64,000 nucleotides of DNA. Source: Octopus vulgaris. Lineage: Eukaryota. The first letter of the stretch is position 1. The number at the start of each line of letters is the position of its first letter. The position numbers and the translations under genes are program-made. The stretch lies in assembly GCA_951406725.2 (NCBI GenBank), contig OX597831.1, positions 9,114,001-9,178,000 of the forward strand, read 5' to 3'. The notes under the pieces are model-generated. The model saw nothing but the letters and a program-made list of their open reading frames with translations. It was not told where the DNA came from and did not search any database. Positions 39,198-54,175 of the stretch are shown here, piece after piece.

Positions 39198-40152
39198 GTA
39201 CACATACTTTTATATATATAATATTACATAATTCACATTATTTGTATCAATCTCTTAATAACTAAAACACCAGAAATATATTTTAAATATATGCACGCAT
39301 ACATATGCACATGTACTCATACACACACCTACACATACATACCCACGCACACACCCACCCATATGCATAAATCATTATACGCAATTAATTCATTAAATTA
39401 TTATTTACGATTAATTTTGGCAGCAAAGCTTGAACATGATTTAAGTATATTAATATGTTATAAATATCCAATCTGCTTTCAAATATTGAATTACAGCGAG
39501 TTATGAGCCATTACCTACCACAGAATTATTTTCATCTCGATAACTAGAACCAATTTAATAATTAATTTCGAAAATAAAGAAATTAAGAAAATTAGTGTAA
39601 AAATATTTGCACGTTATGATATCAGCATGGCCAAATGGTGGAAAAGCTCGTTCCGTAATCTCTCAGTCCTGGCTTCCATCCCACTGCCATGGCATCTTGG
39701 GTGAATGTTTTTTTAGCAAGCCTCAGGTTAACTCAGCACTTCTGAATAACATCCAAGAGATGGAAACATGGCGGACGCGTGTCAGCTAAAAGGTTGTAAC
39801 TGTAATTCAGGATTCATTTTGTTAGGGTAACACTTGTCTGTGGGGTCCTCAGCCGTTTATATGCTAATAAAATGTGGAACTAAATACTCATCACCAAAAT
39901 CGATGGAGATCCATAACACAGTACAATGGAAAAGAAGAGGAGATAAAAATGAAGAGAGACTCTTTATGATGGAGATGTGGAATGCATTACTCGCATTTAG
40001 ATTTCAGACCGTTCACCGATGGAAGACTTATACATATATATAAACCCGACACAAAGTCAGGCTCTAAACCTGAAGACCAAAAGTGGTATTCAGCAGAAAC
40101 AACGAAATAATGTTACATACAGTGCAAAAGTATAATGTAATATAACAGCTTG

Positions 40153-40452
40153 TGGAGGCACATAGCCTAGTGGTTAGAGCAACTGATTCGCGGTCGAGGG
40201 ATCGCGAGTTCGAATTTCGGACCGAGCGATGTGTGTATTTATGAGCGAAACACCTAAGCTCCACGCGGCTCCGGCAGAAGGTAATGGCGAACTTCTGCTG
40301 ACTCTTTCGCCACAACTTTCTCTCACTCATTCCTCCTGCATCTGGCAGCTCACCTGCGACGGACCGACGTCCCGTCCAGGTGGGGAACCTATACGCCAAG
40401 GAAACCGGGAAACCGGCCCTTATGAGCCAGGCATGGCTCGTGAAGGAACAAA
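40153..40452 (+). mobile_element. SINE family B with alternative tail
   Basis: GGAGGCACATAGCCTAGTGGTTAGAGC..GAGTTCGAATTTC; tail GGAAACCGGGAAACCGGCCC. Confidence 0.8.
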
Positions 40453-40675
40453 CAATACAACAGTTTATCATAATTGTAAAATATCGGCTAAAAATGATGT
40501 GATTCTTAAAGTGGTGAATGCTTCTTTGTGGAATAATTAAAATTATTTGCGGCTGAACGAAACTACAGGTGTGAAATAAGGTGGAAGGTAAGAGAAAAGG
40601 TGAGAAACGTAATTTACTCCGATATTTCTATATTTTTTGTAGACTTTAAAAAACACTTTGGCATTAAATTAGGCA

Positions 40676-40932
40676 CCGGCAGGGGGTGGTGGCGCACCCT
40701 GTTGTACTCGTTCACCACAACCTTCTCTCACTCTTTCTTCTTGTTTCTGTTGTACCCGTATTTCAAAGGGCCAGCCTTGTCACACTCTGTGTCACGCTGA
40801 ATCTCCCCGAGAATTACGTTAAGGGTACACGTGTCTGTGGAGTACTCAGCCACTTGCACGTCAATTTCACGAGCAGGCTGTTCCATTGATCGGATCAACT
40901 GGTATCCTCGTCGTCGTAACCGACGGAGTGCC
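40676..40932 (+). mobile_element. 5'-truncated SINE (family B body with the tail of 787-1107)
   Basis: CCGGCAGGGGGTGGTGGCG..CTTTCTTC, then GTCACACTCTGTGTCACG..GTCGTAACCGACGGAGTGCC. Confidence 0.7.
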
Positions 40933-43105
40933 GTAGTATATAAATAGATATAATGAAGCAAAATGCATCTTTCTGCATTAAACAGACACAAGACTCGGTT
41001 TTGTACGATCTAAAAATAGTACAAGTTTCTTGAAATGGTATTCTTGATTCGGTAACGATGCTTTCCACCCTCACTGCGACACACACTCATTAAGAACCTC
41101 GTTACAAAAGTACATGTGTCATAATGTTCAAATATTCAGGTCAGCTTATCCGTATCAATCATCGTTCCATTGTCTGCCTGCTTTATTAAAAAAAAACATT
41201 CGACAAACATTTGCTTTGAGGTTCTTAAATTATTGATGGAATATTCCGTTTTAAATATTGATTTGTAAATTCTTGTCATAGGATCACAACATAAAGTTAT
41301 TTGAAGTACTTTGATACCGTCTAATTTACGAGTCAGTAATTTGTTAAAATAACTGCATCTATTGTTCTTCCATTAATTAATGTATAACCATTGGTCTGAT
41401 CCTAAACTACAAATAGTCTTTGTATAATTTATTAAGGACTTTACAGAGATGAATGTCTTGTAGTTTGTTTTCTTTCTTGAGTTTTTCCAAGTTAAAGCTT
41501 TATGTCTTTGTTGAAATACCAAAACCAATTTGTTCTGAAGGAAGAATGCGAAGAAGTTATGTTGTTTGTTTCTGTAAGAAAGTCAAACTAACAAGACTTA
41601 GGAGGAGGAGGAGGAGGTGGAGGTATGTTCACACGAAAAGTTATTCGTGAAGGTGTGACCAAGAAACGGGATATCGATTTTAAAAAGGTTGTTTCTCAAC
41701 GAAGTTTTTTTTTTCCATCTTAACAGATTCGAAAATAAAAGAAAAATATGCAGTTCTAGGAGATCGGGGTTTTAGGGCAACAAGAATCCCTTACATGTAT
41801 ACACGACACCGCTCTCCCTCATTCCTACCAGCCTCAGAAACCCTGTACGCGGATTACGAACCTATTAGTCTTGCATTAAACAACTGTATTAAAATTTCTT
41901 TTGACTAAAACACACATGGACATACACATGGACACACAGACACACAAAAGGAACTTCTTTAGATTTTCCGCCTTCCAAATTCCATACTTAATGTTATTGA
42001 CCAATCACTGACTCACGTTGATGACACCAAGAAAGAGTGGAGTCCGATCGAACCCGGAAGTACGTTGTTGTCAAGCCGACCGCTTCGCCACGCAACCACA
42101 TTTTTTTAGAAAAATGAATCGATTAAAACTTTCAAAATCTGTGGAATTATGCCAGTTTCAAGAATCATTTCTTGTCACGAACACTTTTACCTCTTCCTCT
42201 TCCATTCAGTGGAAAAAGAAACGAGGTCGATATAATAAACTCGAACAAATAGACAACAACACGGTTGTGTTTTGTTTTGTTTGTTTTATTACAGCCATTT
42301 TAGCATTGGCGCCTTTGTTTTCTGAAGAGGGACAAGAGTCACAAATATGAAGCATTTTAACACTTCACTGTATCATAAGTAAATTTTAAACAGTTTTAAA
42401 ATTCACTCCTGCCGAGTCTTTGAATTGCGGGTTTTATATTCGACAACTGAACATCCAATCGATACTCGTTGTCACAGCAGTTTGTTTTAAAACGAAAACA
42501 TAGAGAGAAAATAGGTTGCACAAACCACGAAGTCCCTTGAGCTTAGGCTGGGAATTGGCAGATTTATTATACAACCCGCTGGTGCTGTTCCTTCTGGCTC
42601 TCTACTCTTTGATTTCAAATTTCAGCGAGGTCATCTTCGATTTCCTTATTTCGTGGTCATTTGGCGAATTATTACTGTATTGGAGGAGTTACCTTATGGC
42701 ATTTGCTTCGTTTTTATTTCGTTCTGTGTACAAATTCCACCTGATAGTATTTCGTCGCTAATATTCCAATGCTGGATCTGCTCTGCGTTAAATGCCAATA
42801 CACTTTAGAATGTATAACAGACCGGTTCCGTTTTCATTAAAATTTTATAATGCTGAATTGCTACTTTGCTGCTCGAAGCAATATCAGAACCAAAGAAGCA
42901 GAAAGTGTTTCGTTAGATTTCAGGACTGAGATGAAAATCAAATAATGTGTGATTGCTCAAGCACAGTGACTAATAATTTGATGTATCGTAGAACGTACCT
43001 TCAAAGGAGCCTCTATATGGTCCCTTAACCTCCTAGAAGTAGCAACCAAACTCCTTCATATTATGTACTGGTCTATTAAAAATGGAACCGTGATACATAG
43101 CTCGT

Positions 43106-43169
<64 letters not shown>

Positions 43170-43778
43170 CAGGATATTCGGGGCTGGAACCACTTTTCAT
43201 CATGTCTGCAAGATTAGTGCTCCTTTTTGGGTTAATGAAAACGGTAGCAACTCGTGCTAAAAGCCTTACAGCAGTGTTTCCTCAGCACATCTCATAAGAG
43301 AGAGAGCGTTAGATCCACGAAAACATTCTGAAAATTCCAGGTTAAAGTGTCTTTTGAAATAAACTTTGAGTCATATCGTCTTAATGCTTTATTATCTAAC
43401 ACACTCACCGGTTCGACTTTCACTCATTTATCATTTATATTTTTTCTTCGAAAACTTTCGTTGCCATTTGCTGTTGCAAATGTCAGTGGATGTTATAAAG
43501 ATTAATTTCTTTAAAAAATTATATTATGTCATTTGTAAAACCATAAATTAAATTCTCACTTTTCTTAATTTAATTGCTCTCTACTTTCTTAAAAGCCACA
43601 TTAAAGATAGGGTGAGTAGATATGGGTTCGTAAATATTCATAAAGGTTCCGCTAGTATTTTAGAAGTTGGGTAAAGGTTCAACGATAAAACAAGAATGAG
43701 AGCCACTACCGGAGAAAACATTTACAGAACCATTATAAATACGCCTGTACATAAATGCATTGATAAGAAAATCTATTG

Positions 43779-44665
43779 TGTTGAGTCAAACGCTTTGCAA
43801 TATCTCGGGAACTTATTTGTTTTATTCGCCTGGCATTCAAAGTATAGGCCATCGTGTTGCGCCGCCTGTTCCGCCAGTTCTTGATCCAACGTTGGTACCA
43901 GGTCTTGTCCTTGGAGGCGAAAAACTCTCTCACTGAAGTTTCTACTTCTTGTCGTTGGTGAAGCGTCGCGAGCGAACGAAGTGAGCTATGGATCAGAACA
44001 GTTAATAACCGAGGAGCAATTAATAACCAAAGATCCTAACTATTAATAACCATCTTGGTCTGGACTACACGTTGAATGTAGTATCAGTTCAGTTCCTTCA
44101 AATTCCTGGAGAATATTCCGGGTCGTTCGCGTGGAATGAAGTCTTGCCTTGTCTTGCTGCCGAACAACTCGCTTTCTCTTAACCAATGCCGGCTATTTTC
44201 CCCGCACAATCGCATACAACTGTTCCAGCTGTTCGGAGTCCGTGTTGGCATCGATGGTTCGGCCGTCCCGTGAATTGTCCCCTCATAAGCCCACCAGACG
44301 CAGAACATCACCTCGTGTTTGAAACGCTTATGTTAGGCGACTGGGTCCCGAAGCTGGCCCTTCCTGAGCCACTGTTCATGGACGTTAGGACTGGGGAGAA
44401 ATATCTCCGTCGGATTATTACTCGTTCCAATCCATGGCTCACTTTCTGCTCTCACAACGCTTCATCAACCAAGAAGAGGCGGAGGCTTCAGTGAAGGAGT
44501 TCTTTGTTTCGAAGTTTTATCAGCGTGGAATCAAAGAACTTGGCAGAAATGTGGCTTCAGATAGCGCAACACGATGGCCTCTACTTTGAATGCTAGGCTG
44601 TTTTTGTTGTAACTTGACGAACAAAGCAAATAGGTTACCAAAATATTGCAAAACTTTTGACAATA
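43779..44665 (-). mobile_element. Degraded mariner with inverted duplicate of its 3' end
   Basis: Minus: KVMFCVWWAYEGTIH..QQDKARLH..HSTCSPD..FFASKDKTWYQR; 44520-44665 is a diverged inverted copy of ~43779-43900. Confidence 0.8.
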
Positions 44666-44932
44666 TAAAACAGCTTGAGATAATTATCACAAGCTGTAAA
44701 GTGGCCGAATACAAGCGATTATTATTACAACATGTAAATGGCTACTGAAACTAATTTTTCAGCCAATATAACCACAGAAATAATTACAGACACAGTTTAG
44801 ATGTTCGACACACAATCTTTTATATTTACATAAAACTGGACATTATTGTTATAGACATTTTAAACATAAAAAAGAGTATACATACATATATATACGTCTA
44901 TATATGTATATATATATATATATGTATACACA

Positions 44933-44968
<36 letters not shown>

Positions 44969-45134
44969 CATACATACACACATATACATGCATATATGTG
45001 TATATATATTTCTTTTCCTTTCTTGCATACAATAATTATATTATATACGCACGCACACACACATATATATTTGAATGTATATATATGTATATATAATATA
45101 TATTTGTTTTCCTTTCTGATATATATATATATAC

Positions 45135-45216
<82 letters not shown>

Positions 45217-47054
45217 AGTATATATATATCGAGCATAAAGAAAACCATGATCTTCACACGGCTCCATTGATGGGTTAGGAGTTCTGACACAACTGGAATG
45301 TCTCCTGCAAAGAACTAATTAGAATATATCCGAAGAGGAATTGTCTTTTTGATACTACAAACAGAGAGTCTGCATTTAAGCGTAGAACTAAACAATGGTC
45401 ACGTATCCCATTCCTTTCCTATGGTATTACAATAAATGTAAATAAATCTATGGTGTATATGTCTATGACTGGCTGTTCTTTGTTTCTTCATAACTGAAAT
45501 GATTTCTTCAGCAAAAACAAATAACCACCCTCTAATTTGGTATAAGGCTTGCAGTTTTAAGAAGAGGATTTATATAGGCCCGAGAAGTTGACTGGTACTT
45601 TATTTCATGACGCTGAAAATATGAAAGGCAAAGTCGACTTCAATAGATTTTGAACTGAGAACTTAACGAAGCGCAAAGTAATTTCGCTTAGCATTTTATC
45701 CGGCTTGCTAACGAATCCGAAAACAGAGGATAAAGAGACGAATATCTGTTGAGTGATATGTGTGTGTATATGTCACAGATAGCGGACGTGTGTTTGTGTT
45801 GATTGACCCGACATGATATTCATTATATGTGTGTGTATTCTGTATGTGTATGGGTGTTGACGTCACAGAAGCCATGTATTTTTTTCGTCAAGAAATAACA
45901 AACAAAAATTGTGTTTAATCGTTTAAATAGACGTCCAAATGTCCCAAAAATTTGTACTGCAATGCCGAAGATAAGTATGAAAATAAATATATAAGAAAAC
46001 TTATGATAAAATATACTATTTCTGAGATATATCAGTTACACACAAACATCCCTAGAGTTTTAGTATTATCAAAATGAGGTACTCAATATTTTTCAGCTAG
46101 AGTGTATTTGGGTCTCAAGAGGTGATAAAAACCTAGCAATATGTGTTTTATAGTGAAAACAAAATTTCCCTTCAAATAGCAATTACCAGACGATTTCCTG
46201 TTCGAGTTTAACCGTTTTAAGTCGTAGTGGAAGCGCGGCCTTTGTCGTAAATAAGCATACGAATATTGTATAAATTGAGAAATTGAGAAATTTACTACAT
46301 TTTGTATATACGAGTACATCAGCCTGCGGGAACAATAAAATGGGCCCGCGGGGTCCGACCCCTGTTCTAGAGTGACGAACCCTGAGAAATAATGTGAATT
46401 GCCGACGAGAAATCTACCTGGGTATATTTCTAAAATACATATTAAGGAAACAAACTGAAATATTCAGGAAACACTAAAGATTGGCCAAGACAATAAAATC
46501 CAGAATCTACTACATACAATATTCTTGCCTGTTTTGTATTTTGTAGCAGTGATACAAGATGATGCACTCCCAACTCTCAACCGCTTATCTTGACCTCACT
46601 TTCATGTTGATACTTTAACATAAAAAAATATTTACTACAGAATACTAGATATACTATTCTGTACAATGAGAAAGAGATTGCCTAAAATGAAAAACACTAC
46701 TGCGTAAGATACAGCATTAAATGGAAAACTACAATAATCCTTAGTGTTGACAACTAAAAACACAAGTTTTAGCATGCAAGGGGAATTGATACTGCCGTAA
46801 ATAAAAAGTAGTACAGCGTACAATGAAGAAAATAATACACCTGAAGGAAAATACTGCTGTATGCAATTAAAATAGGACTGACGACAAGGAAAATCACTAT
46901 TGCATACAAAGAAAAAAATTGCTACTGCCTGCAGTGAAGGTAAAAGAAAAGGAATAAAAGTGTATCGAGTTAAAAAGATAAATTCCTGAACAAAATGGAA
47001 AAATCCTATTGAACACAATAACAAGAACGCCTGCGAACTTTGAGAAAATAATCT

Positions 47055-47703
47055 TTTCTACTGGAGGAACAAGGCCTGAAATGTGTGGGGAGGGGACTGG
47101 CTGATCATATGGGACCCAGTGTTTCACTGGTGCTTAATTTATCGACCCCGAAAGGATGAAAAGCGAAGTCGAACTCGGCGGAATTTGAACCCCGGAACTT
47201 AGCGGATTTCGAAATACTGCTAAGCATTTCGCCCGGCGTGCTAACGATTCTTATTTCTTTATTAACCCACAAGGGGCTAAACACAGAGGGGACAAACAAG
47301 GACAGACAAAAATATTAAGTTGATTATATCGGCCCCAGCATGTAACTGGTACTTATTTAATAGACCCCGAAAGGATGAGAGGCAAAATCGACCTCGGCGG
47401 AATTTGAACCCCAGAACTTAGCGGATTTCGAAATACTGCTAAGCATTTCGCCCGGCGTGCTACCGATTCTTATTTCTTTACTACCCACAAGGGGTTAAAC
47501 ACAGAGGGGACAAACAAGGACACACAAACGGATTAAGTCGATTACATCGACTCCAGTGCGTAACTGGTACTTATTTAATCGACCCCGAAAAGATGATAGG
47601 CAAAATCGACCTCGCCGGAATTTGAACCCCAGAACTTAGCGACTTTCGAAATACTGCTAAGCATTTCGCCCGGTGTGCTAACGATTCTGACAACTCGACG
47701 CTT
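47055..47703 (-). mobile_element. SINE family A trimer
   Basis: Three head-to-tail units of ~240 bp (AATACTGCTAAGCATTTCGCCCGG at ~47213, 47433 and 47650, allowing indels), sharing the private variant GAACCCC(A/G)GAACTTAGCG. Confidence 0.85.
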
Positions 47704-47861
47704 TACTATGAGAAAAAATAATACAAATAAACACAATGAATATATTATGGCTCTATAAAGATATCAACCAGTGAATTATTGCTGGAGGTAGTCATCATTT
47801 GATGATATTTTTTCCATCAGTGATTCTTTGCCTCTCATGTATTATTATGTACTATAGTGTC

Positions 47862-48250
<389 letters not shown>

Positions 48251-48831
48251 ATGTGTAAATATGTGTATGTAGTGGGAGAGGAAAAGGAAAAAGAGGGAGA
48301 GGGAGAATATATAGATAGAAGAAGGAGACATGCAAAGACGAAGAACGAAGAATGGGGTTGAGGGTGGGGGTAAAACGTCAGGGAAATGACAATAGACAGA
48401 CAGAGAGGAAGACACGAACTAAGTTGTTGCTTGAGTGCATATTCATGCAGTTGTAAGACATGGTATTTATGGTGTTGATTCAAATACTCATACATTCGAG
48501 AAAGACATTCAAGAAAGATGGTTGCCCTGAAGCGAAGGGAAAATCAGAACAAATGACAAACACGTAAAAGTACACGAGCGACGATGAACGTAACGCATGC
48601 AGGTTGTGTGTGTATTTATGCGTATGTATATATGCATGTATATACATACATACATACATACATGCTTACATGCACATATATAACCTGCACTTTTATATGC
48701 GTGACATTTTCTTTGAATGCCGACGACCAGGAAATTTCAATGTAACTATACGTATTTATGTTTGTGTACACACTATATATAAATATAATATATGCAATAT
48801 ATATAATATATATTATATATATGTATGTGTA

Positions 48832-48897
<66 letters not shown>

Positions 48898-48976
48898 CAC
48901 ATATATATATATATATATATAAAATAAGCAACAAAAATGAATCCGGTAATTCATTTGAATCTAAATTGTTGCTGAA

Positions 48977-49027
<51 letters not shown>

Positions 49028-49033
49028 TCATAT

Positions 49034-49456
49034 ATGTGGTGGTTGCCTACTCCTTATGCGGAGTTTGACCACCTCCTGTACCTACAACTTTGAAGCATAA
49101 TGGCATCTGATGCGGCTGTTAAAACCAGATAACATTTTGAAAAACTCGCACATAGGTTGCATATCCGACTTGGGCCACCAAAAGCTGCAGTTAAGTTCTG
49201 ATCTTTGTGGATCGTAAAATGTCTTTTGAGGCCTCCGTTAGATGTAGCAGATCTTCTGGCATACATTGCATTGAAAGGTGTACACAGACATATAGGCAGA
49301 ATATCTTGGTGGAGGTTCGTTTTCCTTGGGTTCGCAAATGAAATTTAAACCCAGCAAAAGAAAAGCATGGACTGTCACAAAATAAATCGTGCACAGAAAA
49401 AGGTCATTGGCATTCAACTTCTTGGTCGTAACATTCTTCTACAAATTTCTCTTGAG
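49034..49456 (-). mobile_element. LINE 3' end with C2H2 zinc-finger remnants (RTE-like)
   Basis: Minus: CDSPC..GFKFHLR, FQCNVCQKIC..GLKRHFTIH, ICNLC; flanked by (TA)n. Confidence 0.55.
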
Positions 49457-49487
<31 letters not shown>

Positions 49488-49525
49488 AAACCATTAGTTA
49501 ATGGAGAAGCATTTAAATTATACGT

Positions 49526-49623
<98 letters not shown>

Positions 49624-49639
49624 GTGTGTGTGTTTATAC

Positions 49640-52150
49640 TAGCTTCAAAGCCCGTACTATTGTGCCGACTTTTCTGCTGGTTCCTGCGGCTTGCTAACTG
49701 GACCCGTAGCCCAAAACTGAAGACGGTTATATAGCATGACTATAATACTTCAAGAAGGTCTAGATGCCCCGGTGGTGTTTCCTCAGAGGTTAAGAACGAA
49801 TAAGAATTAATTCTGTAATGCAATCATTCTATTGCTCCAGTCCCAAGTTCAATTCCACCTGTTGGCCAATTTGTCCCAAAGTTCTTATCTCGACGTAAGA
49901 TTAAGGAAATGAATGTCGTGTATCTCCCCTTTGATCTCTGACGTCATCTGAAAAATGCCAACCAAGATGGCGTGAATCAGACAAGCTTTAAGTATTTTCG
50001 TCGAATAATGCTTAAGATCCTGATGCTGGACGTTTAAGAACCAAATGAAGGACAAATTTCAATCCAGGGATCATCCTGATTGCAATAGGGTATAATATGT
50101 CTATGTAGAGCAAGTGTAGACCGAGATAGACGGGTCTCAAGCGAACTTCTTTTTAGAAAATCTTTGTTTCGTATTTAAATATCAACGTCTTCAGAATGTA
50201 TATCTAATATTAAGATAAACTTCATTTTAGGCACAATCACAACAACAAGAACTAGAAAATAACTTAGAACGACATCAGCAGTAATAATAGATCTCGAAAT
50301 ATGAATAAACAAACTAACAAAAGCTAATCTACATAAGCGCTGAATATAAATTATAGACGAAAAAAAAAGATATAATTTAAGAGAGACTGTCAAAATATGC
50401 GTGTATTTTAATACATGCAATAAAGGTGCCTGCTGCGCCTCTAGTGGGAGGTAACTTCCTGCTTTCTACGAGAAAATGTATGCATTTATTTATATGTATG
50501 TGATATTTATAACTATAAATATATATATATAATAATTATTAATTGAGGGAATAAAATCCAAACTTACAAGGAAAAAAATTCAATTTAGAAATACTAAATC
50601 AAAATTCACACAATATAATATATATATAAACAATTAGAAAAAACCCCACCTTTTATCCGCAATTTGACAAACGGATGCACTATACCTTGTAGCGTTACAT
50701 TCATTGACAACAAAAGCAGCATATTTAAGAACTGGGATCCCTAGATCTCCCTTCAGAAAGTCCTGTGGGCTGCAGTTTGCCCGTGTCTGCCCCAGCTTCT
50801 TGAAAAGCGGGTGCTTCTGTAAAGTAGGCTCCCAGCTTCTGTATTTTCGTCGAATAATGCTTAAGAATGTGGGTAGACCACATTCCACGAAACAGTAGAT
50901 ACTTTTATGCGGGTGCTGAGGAAAACTCGGATGGTAGACGGTCACAAGCGAACTTGTTTTTAGAAAATCTTTGTTTCGTATTTAAACATCAACGTCTTCA
51001 AAATGTATATCTAATATTAAGATAAACTTCATTTTAGGCACAATCACAACAACAAGAACAAGAAAATAACTAAGAACGGCATCAACAGTAATAATAGATC
51101 TCGAAATATGAATAAACAAACTAACAAAAGCTAATCTACATAAGCGCTGAATATAAATTATAGACGATAAACAAAGATATAATTTAAGAGAGACTGTCAA
51201 AATATGCGTGTATTTTAATACATGCAATAAAGGTGCCTGCTGCGCCTCTAGTGGGAGGTAACTTCCTGCTTTCTACGAGAAAATGTATGCATTTATTTAT
51301 ATGTATGTGATATTTATAAATATAAATATATATATATAATAATTATTAATTGAGGGAATAAAATCCAAACTTACAAGGAAAAAAATTCAATTTAGAAATA
51401 CTAAATCAAAATTCACACAATATAATATATATATAAACAATTAGAAAAAAACCCACCTTTTATCAATTCAAAATGAACAATTAAATTACACCATCTAAAA
51501 AATTACATATAATAGAAATATTAAAATTAAAATAACAATAAAATGTCAATGATTAAGTAAATTGCCAAAAAATAATAAAAACGTATATAATTGGTAGAAT
51601 AACGACACGTGTTTTGTGGCTATATTTAAGAAATGATTATAGTAGTAGTGAAATCACTTCTATATAAATATAGTCACTCATCAGGTTCAAAATAAACTAG
51701 AATGATAAAATAATTAATTAATAAATATACTATATATATGAAAATACTAAATATACATAAGTCAAAACTAAAACAATACTTAAATTATTAAATACTTTAA
51801 AATTAAATGAAATACATAAAGCTAGTACAAGTCATTAAATTGTAATCAAAAAAAGAAATGGTTCAAATATCAGCAAACTCCTTAAATAAGCTAACTATAT
51901 AATAAATATAAATGTGTAGTATCTATAGATTTAACATAACAATCTATAACAAAGTTGACTAAATATCAAATAATATAATACCTAATTAACTTAAAATTTA
52001 ATATTACATATAAATAAGGCACCTAATAATTAAATAATATATTGTCTGACGAAATTAATTCTTAAATTACATTAAATGTAATACGTTAGATCACTTTATA
52101 TTTATTTATATATATATATATTTAAAATTATATATATATATTAAAAAAAA
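49640..52150 (-). mobile_element. Decayed partial-tandem PLE-like element
   Basis: Direct repeat 50135-50657 / 50942-51464 (offset 807); very AT-rich upstream tract containing an HHR; decayed ORF start MFKYETKIF; outer boundaries approximate. Confidence 0.55.
51601..51687 (-). ncRNA. Type I hammerhead with G12A substitution
   Basis: Minus: AAC-CTGATGA-GTGACTATATTTA(..)TAAATATAGCCAC-AAAAC ACGT GTC-GTT; palindrome ACACGTGT. Confidence 0.7.
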
Positions 52151-52362
52151 ATAAATAAAAAAGTTGAATTTTACGTTCAAATTTAAATTTTTGATGAGAC
52201 AAATTTTGTCTTTCATCCTTCTGGAGGTGATGAAATGAAATACCGGTTAAGAAATGGAATGAATTAAACCGATTTCTTCCTCTCCATTTCTCCAAAATTT
52301 TGCCTCAATGTTAGGAACAATAATCATCGATACACGGGGAACTTAATAATATAATCAATGCT

Positions 52363-52555
52363 AAGGCATCGATCTGGCAGAGTCGTTCCACACCGGATAA
52401 ATTGCTTAGCTGCATTTCGTCCGTGCTTACGTTCTGAGTTGAATTTCCGCCGGGGTTGACCTTGCTTTCATCCTCTCTGACTCGGATTACTAGGGTCGAT
52501 GTAATCGACTATTTCCTCTCAGGAAATTGTTCGCCTAGTGCCAAAATTTGACATC
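52363..52555 (+). mobile_element. SINE family A, diverged
   Basis: AAGGC..CTGGCAGAGTCGTT..GTTCTGAGTTGAATTTCC..CTTTCATCC. Confidence 0.65.
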
Positions 52556-52788
52556 AATATTATTCTTATTGTGTGCTTCCATAGTTGCTTTACTTGATTT
52601 ACTTTTAATTCGACAATTATTTATATTCTAGGACTTAAATTACGGATTTTAATATGAAACTAGTATATGACAAAAAATAAAACAGTAGATTGTAAATTTA
52701 GACAATGTCAAAAAATTATACGCGCGATGGTCTTTTTTTTTACTATCGTTGTACGTTCTTTCCGGTAATATTAGGTTTAGTTATTACA

Positions 52789-52866
52789 CATCTCTGACGA
52801 GTTGGCAGCTTGTCTTGCATTATGCAGACAACAATCGCTTTGTGTTAATGAAACGTACGTAGGATG
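52789..52866 (+). ncRNA. Type I hammerhead ribozyme (canonical core), no adjacent ORF
   Basis: CATCT-CTGACGA-GTTGGCA(inner hairpin TTGTCTTGCA/TGCAGACAA)TGTTAAT-GAAAC GTAC GTA-GGATG; cleavage after 52861. Confidence 0.82.
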
Positions 52867-53700
52867 ACGTAATGAAAAACCTCAAATGCAGCCTCTTTTC
52901 TTTTGTTTTCCTTTCTAAATATGCTCTGTGGAACACCTGAACTCGAACTAAACAACACCGGATAAAGGTACCCTACACAAATTCACGTGAATTTCTTAAT
53001 ACTCGTCATTTCTCAAGCAACTTGAATTTGAAATTACAGTCTGCGAATAAATAAATATAAATATTGTATTTTATATATTTAACATCTACAATTTAAATCC
53101 AAATATGTTGAATAAACCTATAGAATCTTTTACACTTACATAGCGATTAATTCTTTACTACTTTAGCGACTATGATGATGATGGAGGCTATGCTTGGTTG
53201 CAGAGTTATTACATGTAGTGAACGGGAGAATGAAACTATTAGCCTTTGACTAAAATTGTATTTTTTCTCTCCTTATCGGTTATTTATCTTGAATTGGCCA
53301 TTTACTGGTCTATTACATTAAATATTTAACATTAACTTAACTGTATTGCTTTTTTCGAGAATGGTTTTTCTGAGTAATTAAATTTTTAAACATTGCCATT
53401 TTCCGACGCAGTTAAACATACAAGCGTGTACATTTCCTTAATGATTCATTAAACACTACTGCAACAACTACGGTAGAGGTCATGCTTCACTGAAAAAGTC
53501 AAGACGATAGAGAAGCAGTTCGACAGTTGTCTGTCCCAGCCTAGCTTGCCAGGAAACCGAAATAACCGTGGCTATCCAGTAATATCGTTTTCTCTCTTTC
53601 ATTGCATATCTATTTTGTCTTAGGGTTATAATGCTTTCTTCCTCCCTCTTTCTCTTTTCTCTCCCTCTCCTTGTTTCTCTTGATACGCACACATATATGT

Positions 53701-53704
<4 letters not shown>

Positions 53705-53778
<74 letters not shown>

Positions 53779-53800
53779 AGAGAGAGAGAGAGAGAGAGAG

Positions 53801-53871
<71 letters not shown>

Positions 53872-53926
53872 CAGATAGATAGATAGATAGAATATAGATA
53901 GACAGACAGACAGGCAGACAGATATT

Positions 53927-53988
<62 letters not shown>

Positions 53989-54009
53989 TAGATAGACAGA
54001 CAGACAGAC

Positions 54010-54061
<52 letters not shown>

Positions 54062-54113
54062 TGATAGACAGGCAGACAGATAGATAGATAGACAGATAGG
54101 TAGACAGACCGAC

Positions 54114-54160
<47 letters not shown>

Positions 54161-54175
54161 TAGATAGATAGATGG
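53705..54175. repeat. Compound (TA)n(GA)n(GACA)n(GATA)n(TA)n microsatellite
   Basis: Direct reading. Confidence 0.96.

Noticed and set aside
50160-50197. Minus CTGAAGA..GAAAC as a hammerhead
   Set aside because: No NUH triplet in register and no stem I
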